64,000 bases of DNA from NCBI GenBank assembly GCA_964522405.1, contig CAZFTR010000006.1, forward strand, positions 2,430 through 66,429. Reading direction: 5' to 3'. A program made the position numbers and the translations under genes. A model generated the notes under the pieces. The model did no database searches. It worked only from the letters and a program-made list of their open reading frames with translations, and was not told the DNA's origin. Position 1 is the first letter of the stretch. The number at the start of each line of letters is the position of its first letter. This stretch comes from an uncultured Gammaproteobacteria bacterium (lineage in GTDB: Bacteria > Patescibacteriota > Patescibacteriia > Magasanikbacterales > UBA922). Below, in pieces: positions 39,504 through 49,215 of this stretch.

Positions 39504-39864
39504 AATTATGAGCAGTGATGATAATAACAATTTAACTAATATTGAGAGTGTAAGATATAGAAAATGGTTGGAAGAAATCTTTCCTGAAGATGGAGATTAT
39601 GGTATAGAAAGAGAAGAGTTAGTAGATGGTTTTGTAGAGCAGTTTTCAGATTTGAAAGAAGGTAGTTATGAGGAAAAAGTTCATGAAACTTGGAGACAGA
39701 TGCGACCTTTTTTTCAAATGGTCCGAGAGGCAAATCATGGAATTATTGAAATGTATATTTTGTTAGCTTTAGATAAAGTAGTTGATGCCAAAAAAGAAGT
39801 AAAAACACCCAGAGCAGATGCAGAAATACACCGACCTGATTTCACAAAACCAAGAAAAAAATAA
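39490..39864 (+). CDS. Hypothetical protein
   Basis: 124 aa ORF overlapping rseP end by 14 nt. Confidence 0.4.
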   Translation: MGYFKIMSSDDNNNLTNIESVRYRKWLEEIFPEDGDYGIEREELVDGFVEQFSDLKEGSYEEKVHETWRQMRPFFQMVREANHGIIEMYILLALDKVVDAKKEVKTPRADAEIHRPDFTKPRKK

Positions 39865-39870
39865 TTTCTT

Positions 39871-40902
39871 ATGAAAAAACAATTAGAAACAATTCAAAAA
39901 GATTTTGAAAAAGGAATGAGTGGAATCAAATCTATTTCTGAACTTGAGTCTTTTGAGCAGGAATATTTTTCTAGAAAATCCGGAAAAATGTCTGTTATTA
40001 TGAAAGATATGAAAGATCTTTCAGTTGAAGACAAAAAAGAAATAGGAAAATTAAGTAATCAAATAAAGATCCAATTTATTGCAGACATAGAAACCAAAAG
40101 AAGCGAACTTGAGAGTGTGAAATGGGATTCAATAGAGTCAGAAGATGCGCTTGACGTAACAACTCCAAATTTAACAGACAAGAATAAGGGAAGCATCCAT
40201 CCGGTAACTCGAGCCAGATGGGCCATGGAAGATGTTGCTCGTTCTATGGGCTTTATTATAGAGGATGGTCCTGAACTTGAAAGTGATTTTTATGTTTTTG
40301 AGGGATTAAATTTTCCTCCAGATCATCCAGCGAGAGAAAGCATGGATACTTTTTATATAAAAAATAACAAAGATCAGTGCATGAGAGCTCATGTATCAAA
40401 TCTGCAAGTTAGAATGCCGGAGAAACACGGAGTGCCTCTGCGGGCTGCCTATCCGGGAAGAGTTTTTCGAAATGAAGCCACTGATGCCAGTCATGAGCAC
40501 ACTTTTGATCAGTTTGAAGCAATTGTAATTGATCGAGATATAAATATTGGGCACCTGATTGGGGTTATCAAGGAGTTACTCAGAGGACTCTTTAAAAAAG
40601 ATGTAAAAATTCGTTTGCGACCCGGGCATTTTCCTTTTGTAGAGCCTGGATTTGAAATGGATATTGCCTGCATGCTTTGCTCAGGTGATGGTTGCCCAGT
40701 TTGTAAACATACTGGCTGGGTAGAGATGCTTGGTTGTGGTCTAACTCATCCGGAAGTTATTCGAGCTGGAGGTTATGATCCAAATGAATGGCGAGCATTT
40801 GCTTTTGGTATGGGATTGACTCGGCTGGCCATGATGAAATATGGAATAAAAGATATACGACTTTTCCAGTCAGGTGATCTTAGATTTTTAAATCAGTTTT
40901 AA
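39871..40902 (+). CDS. pheS: Phenylalanine--tRNA ligase alpha subunit
   Basis: 343 aa; class II motifs incl. FPPDHPARESMDTFY and GFAFGMGLTRLAM. Confidence 0.9.
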   Translation: MKKQLETIQKDFEKGMSGIKSISELESFEQEYFSRKSGKMSVIMKDMKDLSVEDKKEIGKLSNQIKIQFIADIETKRSELESVKWDSIESEDALDVTTPNLTDKNKGSIHPVTRARWAMEDVARSMGFIIEDGPELESDFYVFEGLNFPPDHPARESMDTFYIKNNKDQCMRAHVSNLQVRMPEKHGVPLRAAYPGRVFRNEATDASHEHTFDQFEAIVIDRDINIGHLIGVIKELLRGLFKKDVKIRLRPGHFPFVEPGFEMDIACMLCSGDGCPVCKHTGWVEMLGCGLTHPEVIRAGGYDPNEWRAFAFGMGLTRLAMMKYGIKDIRLFQSGDLRFLNQF

Positions 40903-40903
40903 T

Positions 40904-43336
40904 ATGCTTATAAGTACTAATTGGCTAAAAGACTTTGTTTCTCTGGAGGAGAAAATTGATTCAGAGGAGCTTTCATTGCAACTTACAATGCATTCTTTTG
41001 AAGTTGAAGAAATAAGAGATCTTTCAGAGAACCTGGAAAATGTCGTAGTTGGTGAAATTAAAACTTTGTCAAAACATCCTGATGCAGATAAGTTAACAGT
41101 CTGTGAAGTTGGCATCGGTGATGAAACAGTTGAGATTGTTTGTGGTGGTTCAAATCTTCGAGAAGGAATGAAAATCGCGCTTGGGAAAGTCGGGGCAAAA
41201 GTTAAATGGCATGGAGAAGGAGATCTTGTTGAATTAAAACCAACCAAAATTCGTGGAGTAAAATCGCTTGGGATGATTTGCGCTGCAGAAGAGATTGGTC
41301 TTGGTGAGATTTTCCCGAAGAGTGATGAAAAAGAAATTCTGGATCTTGGAGATATTGAGGATAATCCAGGTACACCACTTGCTAGTGCTCTTGGTTTTGA
41401 TGACTTGGTAATAGATGTGGATAATAAATCTATTACTCATCGGCCGGATCTTTGGGGGCATTATGGTGTTGCTCGTGAGATTGCCGCATTAAGAGGAGAA
41501 AAACTAAAGAAATTAGATCCTGCACGCATAAAAGAAGGAAAAAATAAAATAGAAGTAGATGTAGAAGATCCAGTACTTTGTCCTAGATATATGGCAGTGG
41601 GGATGGAAGGAATTAAGATAGGAGACTCTCCAGAATGGATGCAGAAAAAGCTTCTTTCAGTAGGTCTTCGGCCAATAAACAATATTGTGGACATTACAAA
41701 TTATATTATGCAAGAAATTGGTCAACCAATGCATGCCTTTGATGCGCAAAAGCTAGGAAGTGAAATTAAAATTAGACATGCAGAAAGGGGTGAGAAGTTT
41801 ACTGCCTTAGATAAAACAAAACATAAATTAACAGAAGAAATGCTGGTTATTGCTGATTCATCAAAACCAGTTGCAGTTGCTGGTGTTATTGGAGGAGAAG
41901 ATAGTGGGGTTACAGAGAACACAACAAGTGTAGTTTTTGAATCAGCAAATTTCCATTCTACAAATGTGCGCAGAACTGCGTTAGCGCTTGGGATTCGGAC
42001 TGATTCATCAACAAGATTTGAAAAATCACTTGATCCAAATAATTGTGAATTAGCACTAAGAAGAGCTGTTGAGTTAGTTTTAGAAATTATACCAGGTTCA
42101 CGAGTTAGCAGCCGTGTTGCTGATGACTCAAATTTTAATTTAAATCAAGGTCCAATTCGACTTGAATTAGATTTTTTAAATGAAAAAATTGGAGTAGAAA
42201 TCGAAAAGAAAAAAGTGATTAGTATTCTTGAGAATTTGGGTTTTGGGGTGAAAGATAAAAAAGACATTTTAGTGGTTAGTGTCCCAAGTTGGCGCGCTAC
42301 CAAGGATATTTCAATTCCAGAAGATCTTGTCGAAGAGGTGGCTCGTATATATGGATATGAAAATATTCCGGTTAGTTTGCCAAAGTTTTCAATTACACCT
42401 CCGCCGGAAAATGCACTTCGAGATATAATTCGTTCTGTTCAGACTACACTTGCTCGAGAATGTGGCTTCAATGAGACGAGTAATTATTCATTTATTTCTC
42501 CAGAGTTGTTAGAAAAATTAGAATTAGACACAAGAAAATATATCGAATTAGATAATCCAGTTTCAAAGGACCGTCCATTTTTGCGCAGAACACTAATTGC
42601 AAATATGCTGGAAAATGTTGAGTCAAATTTGCATAGGTTCGACCGAGTTGCTTTATTTGAAGTTGGTAGAACTTATATTGCAGAAGAAAAGGGCATGGAA
42701 ATGAAACCTGGAACAGGGGAGTTTTTGCCAAAACAGGATACTATTCTAGGGGTTGTATTTGCTCAGAAAGATTTAGACGCTCCATTTTATGAAGTTTCAG
42801 GATGTATTGATAGGGTTTCTAGAGCTCTTAGTACTGATTTGAAAGTTATTAAATCAGATTCAAAAAAATATTTACTTGCTCATCCAGGAAGATTGGGTGA
42901 AATTATGCTAGGAAAACAAAATGTTGGGTATATTTCAGAATTACATCCAAAATTACAACAAAAAATGGGAATTGTGGAGAGAGTTGCAATTCTTGAACTA
43001 AATTTAAGTATCTTATCAGAGAATTTAGAAGAAATTATTAGGTATGAGTCTCCAGCTGAATATCCAGAGGTTGGCAGAGATATTGCTTTTGTTTGTGATG
43101 CGCAAGTTGCACATGTAGGTTTAGTAGAATCAATGAAAAATCTGGATAAGCTAATTTCAAAAATAGAATTATTTGATGTTTATACTGGAAAAGGAATTGA
43201 GAAAGGAAAAAAGAGCATGGCTTATCATGTGGAGTATAGGTCAGATCAGAAAACTCTTGAGGCTGGTGAGGTTGATCAGATTCATGAGAAATTGATTGAA
43301 GAGCTTAAGAGTAAATTTGGTGTTGAGGTTAGGTAA
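40904..43336 (+). CDS. pheT: Phenylalanine--tRNA ligase beta subunit
   Basis: 810 aa; N-terminal tRNA-binding (Myf) domain, B3/4, B5, FDX-ACB domains; follows pheS. Confidence 0.9.
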   Translation: MLISTNWLKDFVSLEEKIDSEELSLQLTMHSFEVEEIRDLSENLENVVVGEIKTLSKHPDADKLTVCEVGIGDETVEIVCGGSNLREGMKIALGKVGAKVKWHGEGDLVELKPTKIRGVKSLGMICAAEEIGLGEIFPKSDEKEILDLGDIEDNPGTPLASALGFDDLVIDVDNKSITHRPDLWGHYGVAREIAALRGEKLKKLDPARIKEGKNKIEVDVEDPVLCPRYMAVGMEGIKIGDSPEWMQKKLLSVGLRPINNIVDITNYIMQEIGQPMHAFDAQKLGSEIKIRHAERGEKFTALDKTKHKLTEEMLVIADSSKPVAVAGVIGGEDSGVTENTTSVVFESANFHSTNVRRTALALGIRTDSSTRFEKSLDPNNCELALRRAVELVLEIIPGSRVSSRVADDSNFNLNQGPIRLELDFLNEKIGVEIEKKKVISILENLGFGVKDKKDILVVSVPSWRATKDISIPEDLVEEVARIYGYENIPVSLPKFSITPPPENALRDIIRSVQTTLARECGFNETSNYSFISPELLEKLELDTRKYIELDNPVSKDRPFLRRTLIANMLENVESNLHRFDRVALFEVGRTYIAEEKGMEMKPGTGEFLPKQDTILGVVFAQKDLDAPFYEVSGCIDRVSRALSTDLKVIKSDSKKYLLAHPGRLGEIMLGKQNVGYISELHPKLQQKMGIVERVAILELNLSILSENLEEIIRYESPAEYPEVGRDIAFVCDAQVAHVGLVESMKNLDKLISKIELFDVYTGKGIEKGKKSMAYHVEYRSDQKTLEAGEVDQIHEKLIEELKSKFGVEVR

Positions 43337-43339
43337 ATG

Positions 43340-43452
43340 ACAATGAACAATAATCAAAGAGCAATAAACAATAAGAGGCCAACAATATAATACAGAAAAC
43401 AAATAATAAGTTATATGTGACATTGATCATTGTTTACTGATTATTGTTCATT
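43340..43452. repeat. Perfect 15-bp inverted repeat pair (caatgaacaataatc / gattattgttcattg) separated by 83 bp
   Basis: Seen directly in the pheT-downstream intergenic region. Confidence 0.6.
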
Positions 43453-43540
43453 GTGCGGATTTTGTGTTATAATATTCATACTTATAAATTTAACCATCAC
43501 TGGTGAAAAATGCCTGTCACCCGGATGGAGGGGAAAAACT

Positions 43541-43897
43541 ATGGACTTCAATACTAGTCAGGATTTACTCTATATAGTATTATCTTTTTCAATAATTTGG
43601 TTTACAGTATTTCTTTGCTGGCTGCTTTATCAAGCAGCAAGAGTTCTCAGAAATGCCAACAAGATTATTGAAAATCTTACCGAGAAATTAGAGCTTATTG
43701 CTGACGCAATTGAGTTCATCAGAAAAAAAGTAGACACCATGAGTGGGAAAATGGGAATGTTTGGTTCGATGATGTCAACTGTAGTAGATAAATTTGTAAT
43801 TGGGAAAATTTCAGGCAAGCTTCAAGAAAAAGTAGATAAGTTGGAAAAGAAGAAAAAGCCCAAGAAAAAGACCACAGCCAAAAAGAAGAAGAAATAA
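43541..43897 (+). CDS. Small membrane protein with lysine-rich C-terminal tail (start moved to ATG 43541)
   Basis: GGAGGGG Shine-Dalgarno 7 nt upstream of ATG 43541; ORF-track start 43430 lies inside the upstream inverted repeat. Confidence 0.45.
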   Translation: MDFNTSQDLLYIVLSFSIIWFTVFLCWLLYQAARVLRNANKIIENLTEKLELIADAIEFIRKKVDTMSGKMGMFGSMMSTVVDKFVIGKISGKLQEKVDKLEKKKKPKKKTTAKKKKK

Positions 43898-43925
43898 AAA
43901 AAGCCCCGTAAATCGGGGCTTTTAA
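43898..43925 (+). terminator. Intrinsic terminator (agccccg-taaat-cggggct + TTTT)
   Basis: Seen directly. Confidence 0.55.
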
Positions 43926-43935
43926 ATTGTCTATT

Positions 43936-44544
43936 TTATTTTACAATTAAACTACCTTTCATCTCCCCATGCCCAGATCCACAATAAACTGAACAGAAGA
44001 ATGAAAAAGTTCCTATTTTGTCTGCGGTAAATTCAATGATTTTAGTTTCACCGGGTTCAAGTTCTTGATTGATACCAAATTCTGAAATTATAAGACCGTG
44101 ACTGACATCAATACTTTTTACCACTAGCCGCACTTTATCACCTTTATTAACAGTAATTACAGATGGTTCAAATTGCCATTTTTTAGCAGTGATATTAAAT
44201 TCTTTTGTCTCTGTTTTTATTTCTTCTGGAATCACTTCCGTAGTTTCAGATTTTTTCTCAATTTTTTCTTTTACCATCTCAACTTCTATCTTCTGCTCTT
44301 TTTTTACCATCTCTTCTTTTACTATCTCATCTTTTATTTTCTCTTCTTCTTTTACCATCTCAACCTCTATCTTTTCCTCTTCAGCGATAATTTTTGTTTC
44401 TGAATCAGAATCTAGTTCTAGTTTTACCTCAACTTCTTTCATAGCTGCTTTTTCTTGAGTTGGAGTTTCTGATGGAGTGCATCCAGCCCCAACTGTAATT
44501 AGCAATACAAATAGGATTGCTGATAATTTATATATTTTTTGCAT
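43936..44544 (-). CDS. Cupredoxin-domain lipoprotein with CuA-like copper-binding motif and repetitive E/K/V-rich linker
   Basis: 202 aa; lipobox LITVGAGC; C-terminal HGL...CSVYCGSGHGEM resembles the COX2/CuA ligand set (H, C, C, H, M). Confidence 0.5.
   Translation of the reverse strand: MQKIYKLSAILFVLLITVGAGCTPSETPTQEKAAMKEVEVKLELDSDSETKIIAEEEKIEVEMVKEEEKIKDEIVKEEMVKKEQKIEVEMVKEKIEKKSETTEVIPEEIKTETKEFNITAKKWQFEPSVITVNKGDKVRLVVKSIDVSHGLIISEFGINQELEPGETKIIEFTADKIGTFSFFCSVYCGSGHGEMKGSLIVK
44190..44460. repeat. Imperfect tandem repeats (~60-70 bp unit) inside the cupredoxin gene linker
   Basis: Repeated tttaccatctcaac(t/c)tctatctt units encoding KIEVEMVKE-type repeats. Confidence 0.5.
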
Positions 44545-44612
44545 ATATTTTGATTAAAATTTATGCAATCTAGTATATCAGAATTGAATTTTCTTCTCAA
44601 GTAGCCGGTGCT

Positions 44613-47600
44613 ATGATTAAAATTGATAAAAACCAACTATTAGTATATTATACATCTACTATGTCCAAGTTCACACATCTTCATGTGCACTCTCATTACT
44701 CGCTTTTAAATGGTCTTACCAAGATAAAACCGCTGGTTAAAGCTGCCAAAAAGCGGGGATTTGATGCTCTTGCGCTTACTGATTATGGATCAATGTATGG
44801 GGCTATTGAGTTTTACCGAGCTTGCCAGGCAGAGGAGATTAAGCCGATTATTGGATTTGAAGCTTTTGTGGCTCCTCGCAGTAGACATGACAAAGATCCT
44901 GAACATGACAAAGAAGTATATAATCTAACACTTCTGGCAGAAAACTATGATGGATATAGAAATCTGATGAAATTATCTTCTCTTGGTCATCTTGAAGGTT
45001 TTTTCAATGAAAAACCGAGAATTGATTTAGAGCTTCTTGAAAAATATCATGATGGGGTTATTGTGCTTTCCGGATCAATAAAAGGTCAAATTCCACAATT
45101 TCTCAAAAATAACAAAATAGAGGAAGCAACTGAACTTGCCAAAAAATACCATGATATTTTGGGACAAGATAATTTCTTTCTTGAGCTCCAGGATCATCCG
45201 GCAATTTCCGGGCAAGTTGATGTGAACACAAAACTTATTCAATTATCAAAGGATTTAAATATTCCGTTGGTGGTTACTCGAGATGTTCACTATCTGGAGC
45301 CAACCGATGCTGATGCTCAAGATATTCTTACTTGTATTGGAAATGGTTGGAAAGTTGGTCAGCCTAACAGAGAAGATTATCGTCAAGTTGATCGATCTCT
45401 AAATACTGCTCAAGATATTTCTTCTCGTTTTCGCCATGTTTCAGAGGCTATAGAAAACACAGGAAAAATTGCTGATCGAGTCAACATAGAAATTGAACTG
45501 GATAATTGGCATTTTGCTCCGGTTGACCTGCCGCCTGGAAAAACAGCAGATCAGCATTTGCGAGATGAGGCTTTTCGTTGTGTTACAGATTTTTATCCGG
45601 AGTTGACCGATGAATTAACCAAGCGTATTGATTATGAATTAGATATTATCAAGACAAAAGGTTATTCTCCATATTTTATCTGTGTTGCAGACTATGTTCG
45701 TTATGCAAAACAAAATGGAATTGTAGAATCAACTCGTGGGTCTGCTGCCGGTTCTTTGGTTTCTTATGTTTTGGGAATTACTACAGTTGATCCGATGAGA
45801 TTTAAACTTCCATTTGAAAGATTTTTAAATCCTTTTAGGCCCAGTCCACCTGATGTTGATACAGATTTTGCTGATGATCGTCGCGATGAAATGATTCAGT
45901 ATGTTACCAAGAAATATGGTTCAGATAAAGTTGCCCAAATCATTACTTTCGGAACCATGGCAGCGCGTGCCAGTGTTCGAGATGTGGGAAGAGCAATGGG
46001 CTTTGCTTATGGTTTTTGTGACCAGGTTGCAAAATTAATTCCTCCGGGAGCGCAAGGTTTTCCTATGACTATAGAAAGGGCTCTAAAAGAAGAGCCTGAT
46101 TTAAAAAAACTCTACGATACCAATGAAGATGTAAAAAAATTGCTTGATCTTGCGCAACAAGTAGAAGGATGTGCTCGCCATACTTCGATTCATGCAGCTG
46201 GAGTGGTTATCTCACCAACTCCACTTATAGATTTTTCTCCGGTTCAAAGAGAAACCGGAGGAGATAGGATTACCACCCAATATGAAATGCATTCAGTAGA
46301 GGCTGCTGGAGTTTTAAAAAACGATTTTCTGGGAATTAGAAATCTGGCAATTCTTGGAAACGCAGTTGAGATCGTAGAAAAAACTACCGGAGATAAGATA
46401 GATATTTATAATCTTCCACTTGATGATCAGGATACATTTGAGAAATTAGCACGAGGAGAAACAATGGGAGTTTTTCAGCTCTCAGGTTCTGGAATGACCA
46501 GATGGCTCAAAGAACTAAAGCCCAATCGAATTGAAGATATTATGGCCATGGTGGCGCTCTATCGTCCAGGCCCAATGGATGTGATTCCAGATTATATTTA
46601 CCGAAAATATCATCCGGAGGCAGTCAGCTATCCTGACCCAAGATTGGAGAATATTCTTGAGGCGTCTTATGGTCTTTTGGTTTATCAGGATGACGTCATG
46701 CTTACTGCTATTGAACTGGCAGGTTATGATTGGATGGAAGCAGATAAATTTCGAAAAGCCATGGGAAAGAAAATTCCCGAAGAAATGGCCAAACAGAAAA
46801 TTAAGTTTTATCAGGGATGCCGTGATCATGGAAATTTAAAGAAAGACTTAATTGATGATCTTTGGAAAGCAATTGAACCCTTTGCTGCTTATGGATTTAA
46901 CAAGGCTCATGCAGCCAGTTATGGAATTGTTGCTTATCAAACTGCATATATGAAAGCACATTATCCGGTGCAGTACATGACATCAGTTCTTCAAGCAGAA
47001 GCAAAAGATACTGAGAAAGTTGCAGCAATTGTTCATGAGTGTGATCGCATGGGAATTGATGTGCTTCCTCCGGATGTAAATGAAAGTTTTAGAAATTTTG
47101 CCATGGTTTCCAAGCAAGGTGAGAAAGGAAGAATCCGTTTTGGAATGACAACGATAAAGGGTCTTGGTGAACATATTTCCGGAGTTATTTATCAGGAAAG
47201 AAAAAAACATGGTCAATATACCAGTTTGGAAAATATGTTAGAGAGAATTGATGATAAAGATCTCAACAAAAGATCACTCGATGCTCTGATTAAATCAGGA
47301 TCACTGGATTGTTTTGGACATGACAGGGGAGTGCTTCTGGCAAATATTGAAAATATATTATTTTTTGTAAAACAGTTTCGAGAAAAATCAACCAATAATC
47401 AGGATTCGCTTTTTTCCGGAACAGCAATAGCATTTGATGAGAAAGTGGTTTTAAAACCGGCAGAAGAAGCAACCATGGATGAAAAATTAGTTTGGGAAAA
47501 AACACTTTTGGGTTTGTATGTTTCTTCACATCCATTTGCGCCATTTGAAGAAAAATTAAAAGATAAGGTGATACCACTTAACCAAATAGAAGACGGTGAA

Positions 47601-48134
47601 AGAGATGCTTGGGTTACAGTTGGTGGGGTAATAGATAAAGTTACCAGAAAAATTACTAAAAAAGGTTCAGTAATGCTTTTTGTAACCCTGGCTGACAGGT
47701 CCGGTTCAATGGAGATGTTAGTTTTTCCAAAGAAGTTTGAAGAAACCAAAGATCTTTGGGAAGAGGGAAAAGTAGTTTGTATAGTTGGAAAAACCCCCAA
47801 AGAAGAAGGGGATAATAAAATATTTGTAGAAAATGTACATGTATTAAACCTAGAAAATGCTGAGCAGGTTAGCCGACATGTCTCGCTTGGAAGTTCAGTT
47901 GAAGCCAAAAAAGAAAAAATCAAAACCGCTCAAATTTCTATTTCAAAAGAAGAATTAAAATCTCTTACAGATGAATTAAAAGAATTATTTGAAAAATTTC
48001 CAGGGCAGTATTTATTATACCTGGATATTCTCGGACAAAAAGTAAAAACTCAGACTAAGATTGAAGCGAGTGAGGAGTTTGAAAAAGAACTTGAAGAGAT
48101 AATTGGAGAAGGCAAGTTTAGGAAGTTTGAATAG
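44613..48134 (+). CDS. dnaE: DNA polymerase III alpha subunit
   Basis: 1173 aa; N-terminal PHP domain HLHVHSHYSLL, polymerase core, OB-fold C-terminus. Confidence 0.9.
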   Translation: MIKIDKNQLLVYYTSTMSKFTHLHVHSHYSLLNGLTKIKPLVKAAKKRGFDALALTDYGSMYGAIEFYRACQAEEIKPIIGFEAFVAPRSRHDKDPEHDKEVYNLTLLAENYDGYRNLMKLSSLGHLEGFFNEKPRIDLELLEKYHDGVIVLSGSIKGQIPQFLKNNKIEEATELAKKYHDILGQDNFFLELQDHPAISGQVDVNTKLIQLSKDLNIPLVVTRDVHYLEPTDADAQDILTCIGNGWKVGQPNREDYRQVDRSLNTAQDISSRFRHVSEAIENTGKIADRVNIEIELDNWHFAPVDLPPGKTADQHLRDEAFRCVTDFYPELTDELTKRIDYELDIIKTKGYSPYFICVADYVRYAKQNGIVESTRGSAAGSLVSYVLGITTVDPMRFKLPFERFLNPFRPSPPDVDTDFADDRRDEMIQYVTKKYGSDKVAQIITFGTMAARASVRDVGRAMGFAYGFCDQVAKLIPPGAQGFPMTIERALKEEPDLKKLYDTNEDVKKLLDLAQQVEGCARHTSIHAAGVVISPTPLIDFSPVQRETGGDRITTQYEMHSVEAAGVLKNDFLGIRNLAILGNAVEIVEKTTGDKIDIYNLPLDDQDTFEKLARGETMGVFQLSGSGMTRWLKELKPNRIEDIMAMVALYRPGPMDVIPDYIYRKYHPEAVSYPDPRLENILEASYGLLVYQDDVMLTAIELAGYDWMEADKFRKAMGKKIPEEMAKQKIKFYQGCRDHGNLKKDLIDDLWKAIEPFAAYGFNKAHAASYGIVAYQTAYMKAHYPVQYMTSVLQAEAKDTEKVAAIVHECDRMGIDVLPPDVNESFRNFAMVSKQGEKGRIRFGMTTIKGLGEHISGVIYQERKKHGQYTSLENMLERIDDKDLNKRSLDALIKSGSLDCFGHDRGVLLANIENILFFVKQFREKSTNNQDSLFSGTAIAFDEKVVLKPAEEATMDEKLVWEKTLLGLYVSSHPFAPFEEKLKDKVIPLNQIEDGERDAWVTVGGVIDKVTRKITKKGSVMLFVTLADRSGSMEMLVFPKKFEETKDLWEEGKVVCIVGKTPKEEGDNKIFVENVHVLNLENAEQVSRHVSLGSSVEAKKEKIKTAQISISKEELKSLTDELKELFEKFPGQYLLYLDILGQKVKTQTKIEASEEFEKELEEIIGEGKFRKFE

Positions 48135-48136
48135 AA

Positions 48137-48308
48137 CTGTCATCTCGAGCGGAATAAGGCCGAGCAAAGCCCTGTTGCTCGCGAGCGACAGGGCGAGGCG
48201 AGAGCGAATGAAGTGGGGGAATCCCTTGGTAAATAAGTGAAGTGGGAAGTAAATCAAGGGATCTCTCGACTTCGTTTTTCTTTCAGAAAACTCCGCTCGA
48301 GATGACAA
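48137..48308. repeat. 172-bp element bounded by 17-bp terminal inverted repeats (ctgtcatctcgagcgga / tccgctcgagatgacaa) with nested internal inverted repeats
   Basis: 16/17 IR match; internal near-perfect 13-bp hairpin gccctgttgctcg/cgagcgacagggc; nested cgagag/ctctcg and atcccttg/caagggat; duplicated tgaagtggg. Confidence 0.5.
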
Positions 48309-48312
48309 TATA

Positions 48313-48350
48313 AAAAGCACCCCCTGAATTACTTCAGAGGGTGTTTGATT
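48313..48350. terminator. Bidirectional intrinsic terminator-like hairpin (accccctgaa-ttac-ttcagagggt + TTTGATTTTG)
   Basis: Seen directly. Confidence 0.4.
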
Positions 48351-48424
48351 TTGAGTGCCCGCCGTCCGTGTCGCTCGGGGCAGGCGCGGGGGCGGGGTGG
48401 GGAGGAGGGAATGGTGGTGGGGGC

Positions 48425-48877
48425 TCAGCGGTTGAGTTTGGGTTTCTCGGGGCGGATCTCGATTGTCCAGCGTGGTCCCAGCCAGGACCAGCGCTTGACC
48501 GCCAGGTAGTCGTGGCTGTCGATCCTGCGATCCTTGGACGAGTCCCTGACGTGGATGATCTTGATCACTGTGCGTCCGAATCGGTCGACCCGGACGTAGA
48601 GACGCCAGAAGGGTTCCAGTTCGGCGCTGTCTGAGGCGTTCTTGATCATCTCCGCGGCAGCTTCGATGCTGACGCTGACATTGCTGTCGGGCGCGATGAT
48701 CAGTACGCGCTCTGAGGGGTCGGTGCCGGCGGCGTAGCCGACGATCTTGGAGTCGCTGAACTCCGTGAACGTCGCCACCCCAACCTTGCGGTTGAGAAAC
48801 GCCACGATTCTTCTCAGTCTCGCCTCCAGTCTCTCTGTTGTTTCGCTTCTCTTGGGGTTATCGAACATTGACCTCAT
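48425..48877 (-). CDS. Hypothetical protein (150 aa), GC-rich foreign ORF
   Basis: Coding-like GC3-rich codon usage; GGAGGA immediately upstream of ATG; no recognised family. Confidence 0.45.
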   Translation of the reverse strand: MRSMFDNPKRSETTERLEARLRRIVAFLNRKVGVATFTEFSDSKIVGYAAGTDPSERVLIIAPDSNVSVSIEAAAEMIKNASDSAELEPFWRLYVRVDRFGRTVIKIIHVRDSSKDRRIDSHDYLAVKRWSWLGPRWTIEIRPEKPKLNR

Positions 48878-48948
48878 TCCTCCGGAATCACTAGCCGGCT
48901 CATGCCGGGCAAACTGATATTGCGGCTATATTACCGCTTGCTTGGATT

Positions 48949-49215
48949 TTAGTCAAATGCTACATCCCCATTTTCTTTTGCTTTTTTGTCTTCATATGGA
49001 GCAATCTGGCGACGGTAGAATTCCAGCTTGGCTGATTCAAGTGCACCGATAAGTTCATTGTAGTCTGCGTATCTTCCTTCTCCGCGTAGTTTTAGAAGAA
49101 GTTTGGTAATTGTATAATTTATTTCTCCTGCTCTTTGGTCTGTATTTATGATTTCCGCGAGGGCATTAATTTTTGGATCTAGGCGATCTCGGTCTTCTTG
49201 TAGAATGTAGGGCAT
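48949..49215 (-). CDS. Hypothetical protein (88 aa)
   Basis: AT-rich native-like ORF. Confidence 0.4.
   Translation of the reverse strand: MPYILQEDRDRLDPKINALAEIINTDQRAGEINYTITKLLLKLRGEGRYADYNELIGALESAKLEFYRRQIAPYEDKKAKENGDVAFD

Larger units (their letters stand above)
48135..48948. other. High-GC island 4 (structured IR element, bidirectional hairpin, G-tract and one ORF)
   Basis: GC jumps immediately after dnaE stop; returns to AT-rich near 48950. Confidence 0.6.

Noticed and set aside
44173-44458. Two plus-strand ORFs (76 and 89 aa)
   Set aside because: They are the antisense of the tandem-repeat linker in the cupredoxin lipoprotein gene.
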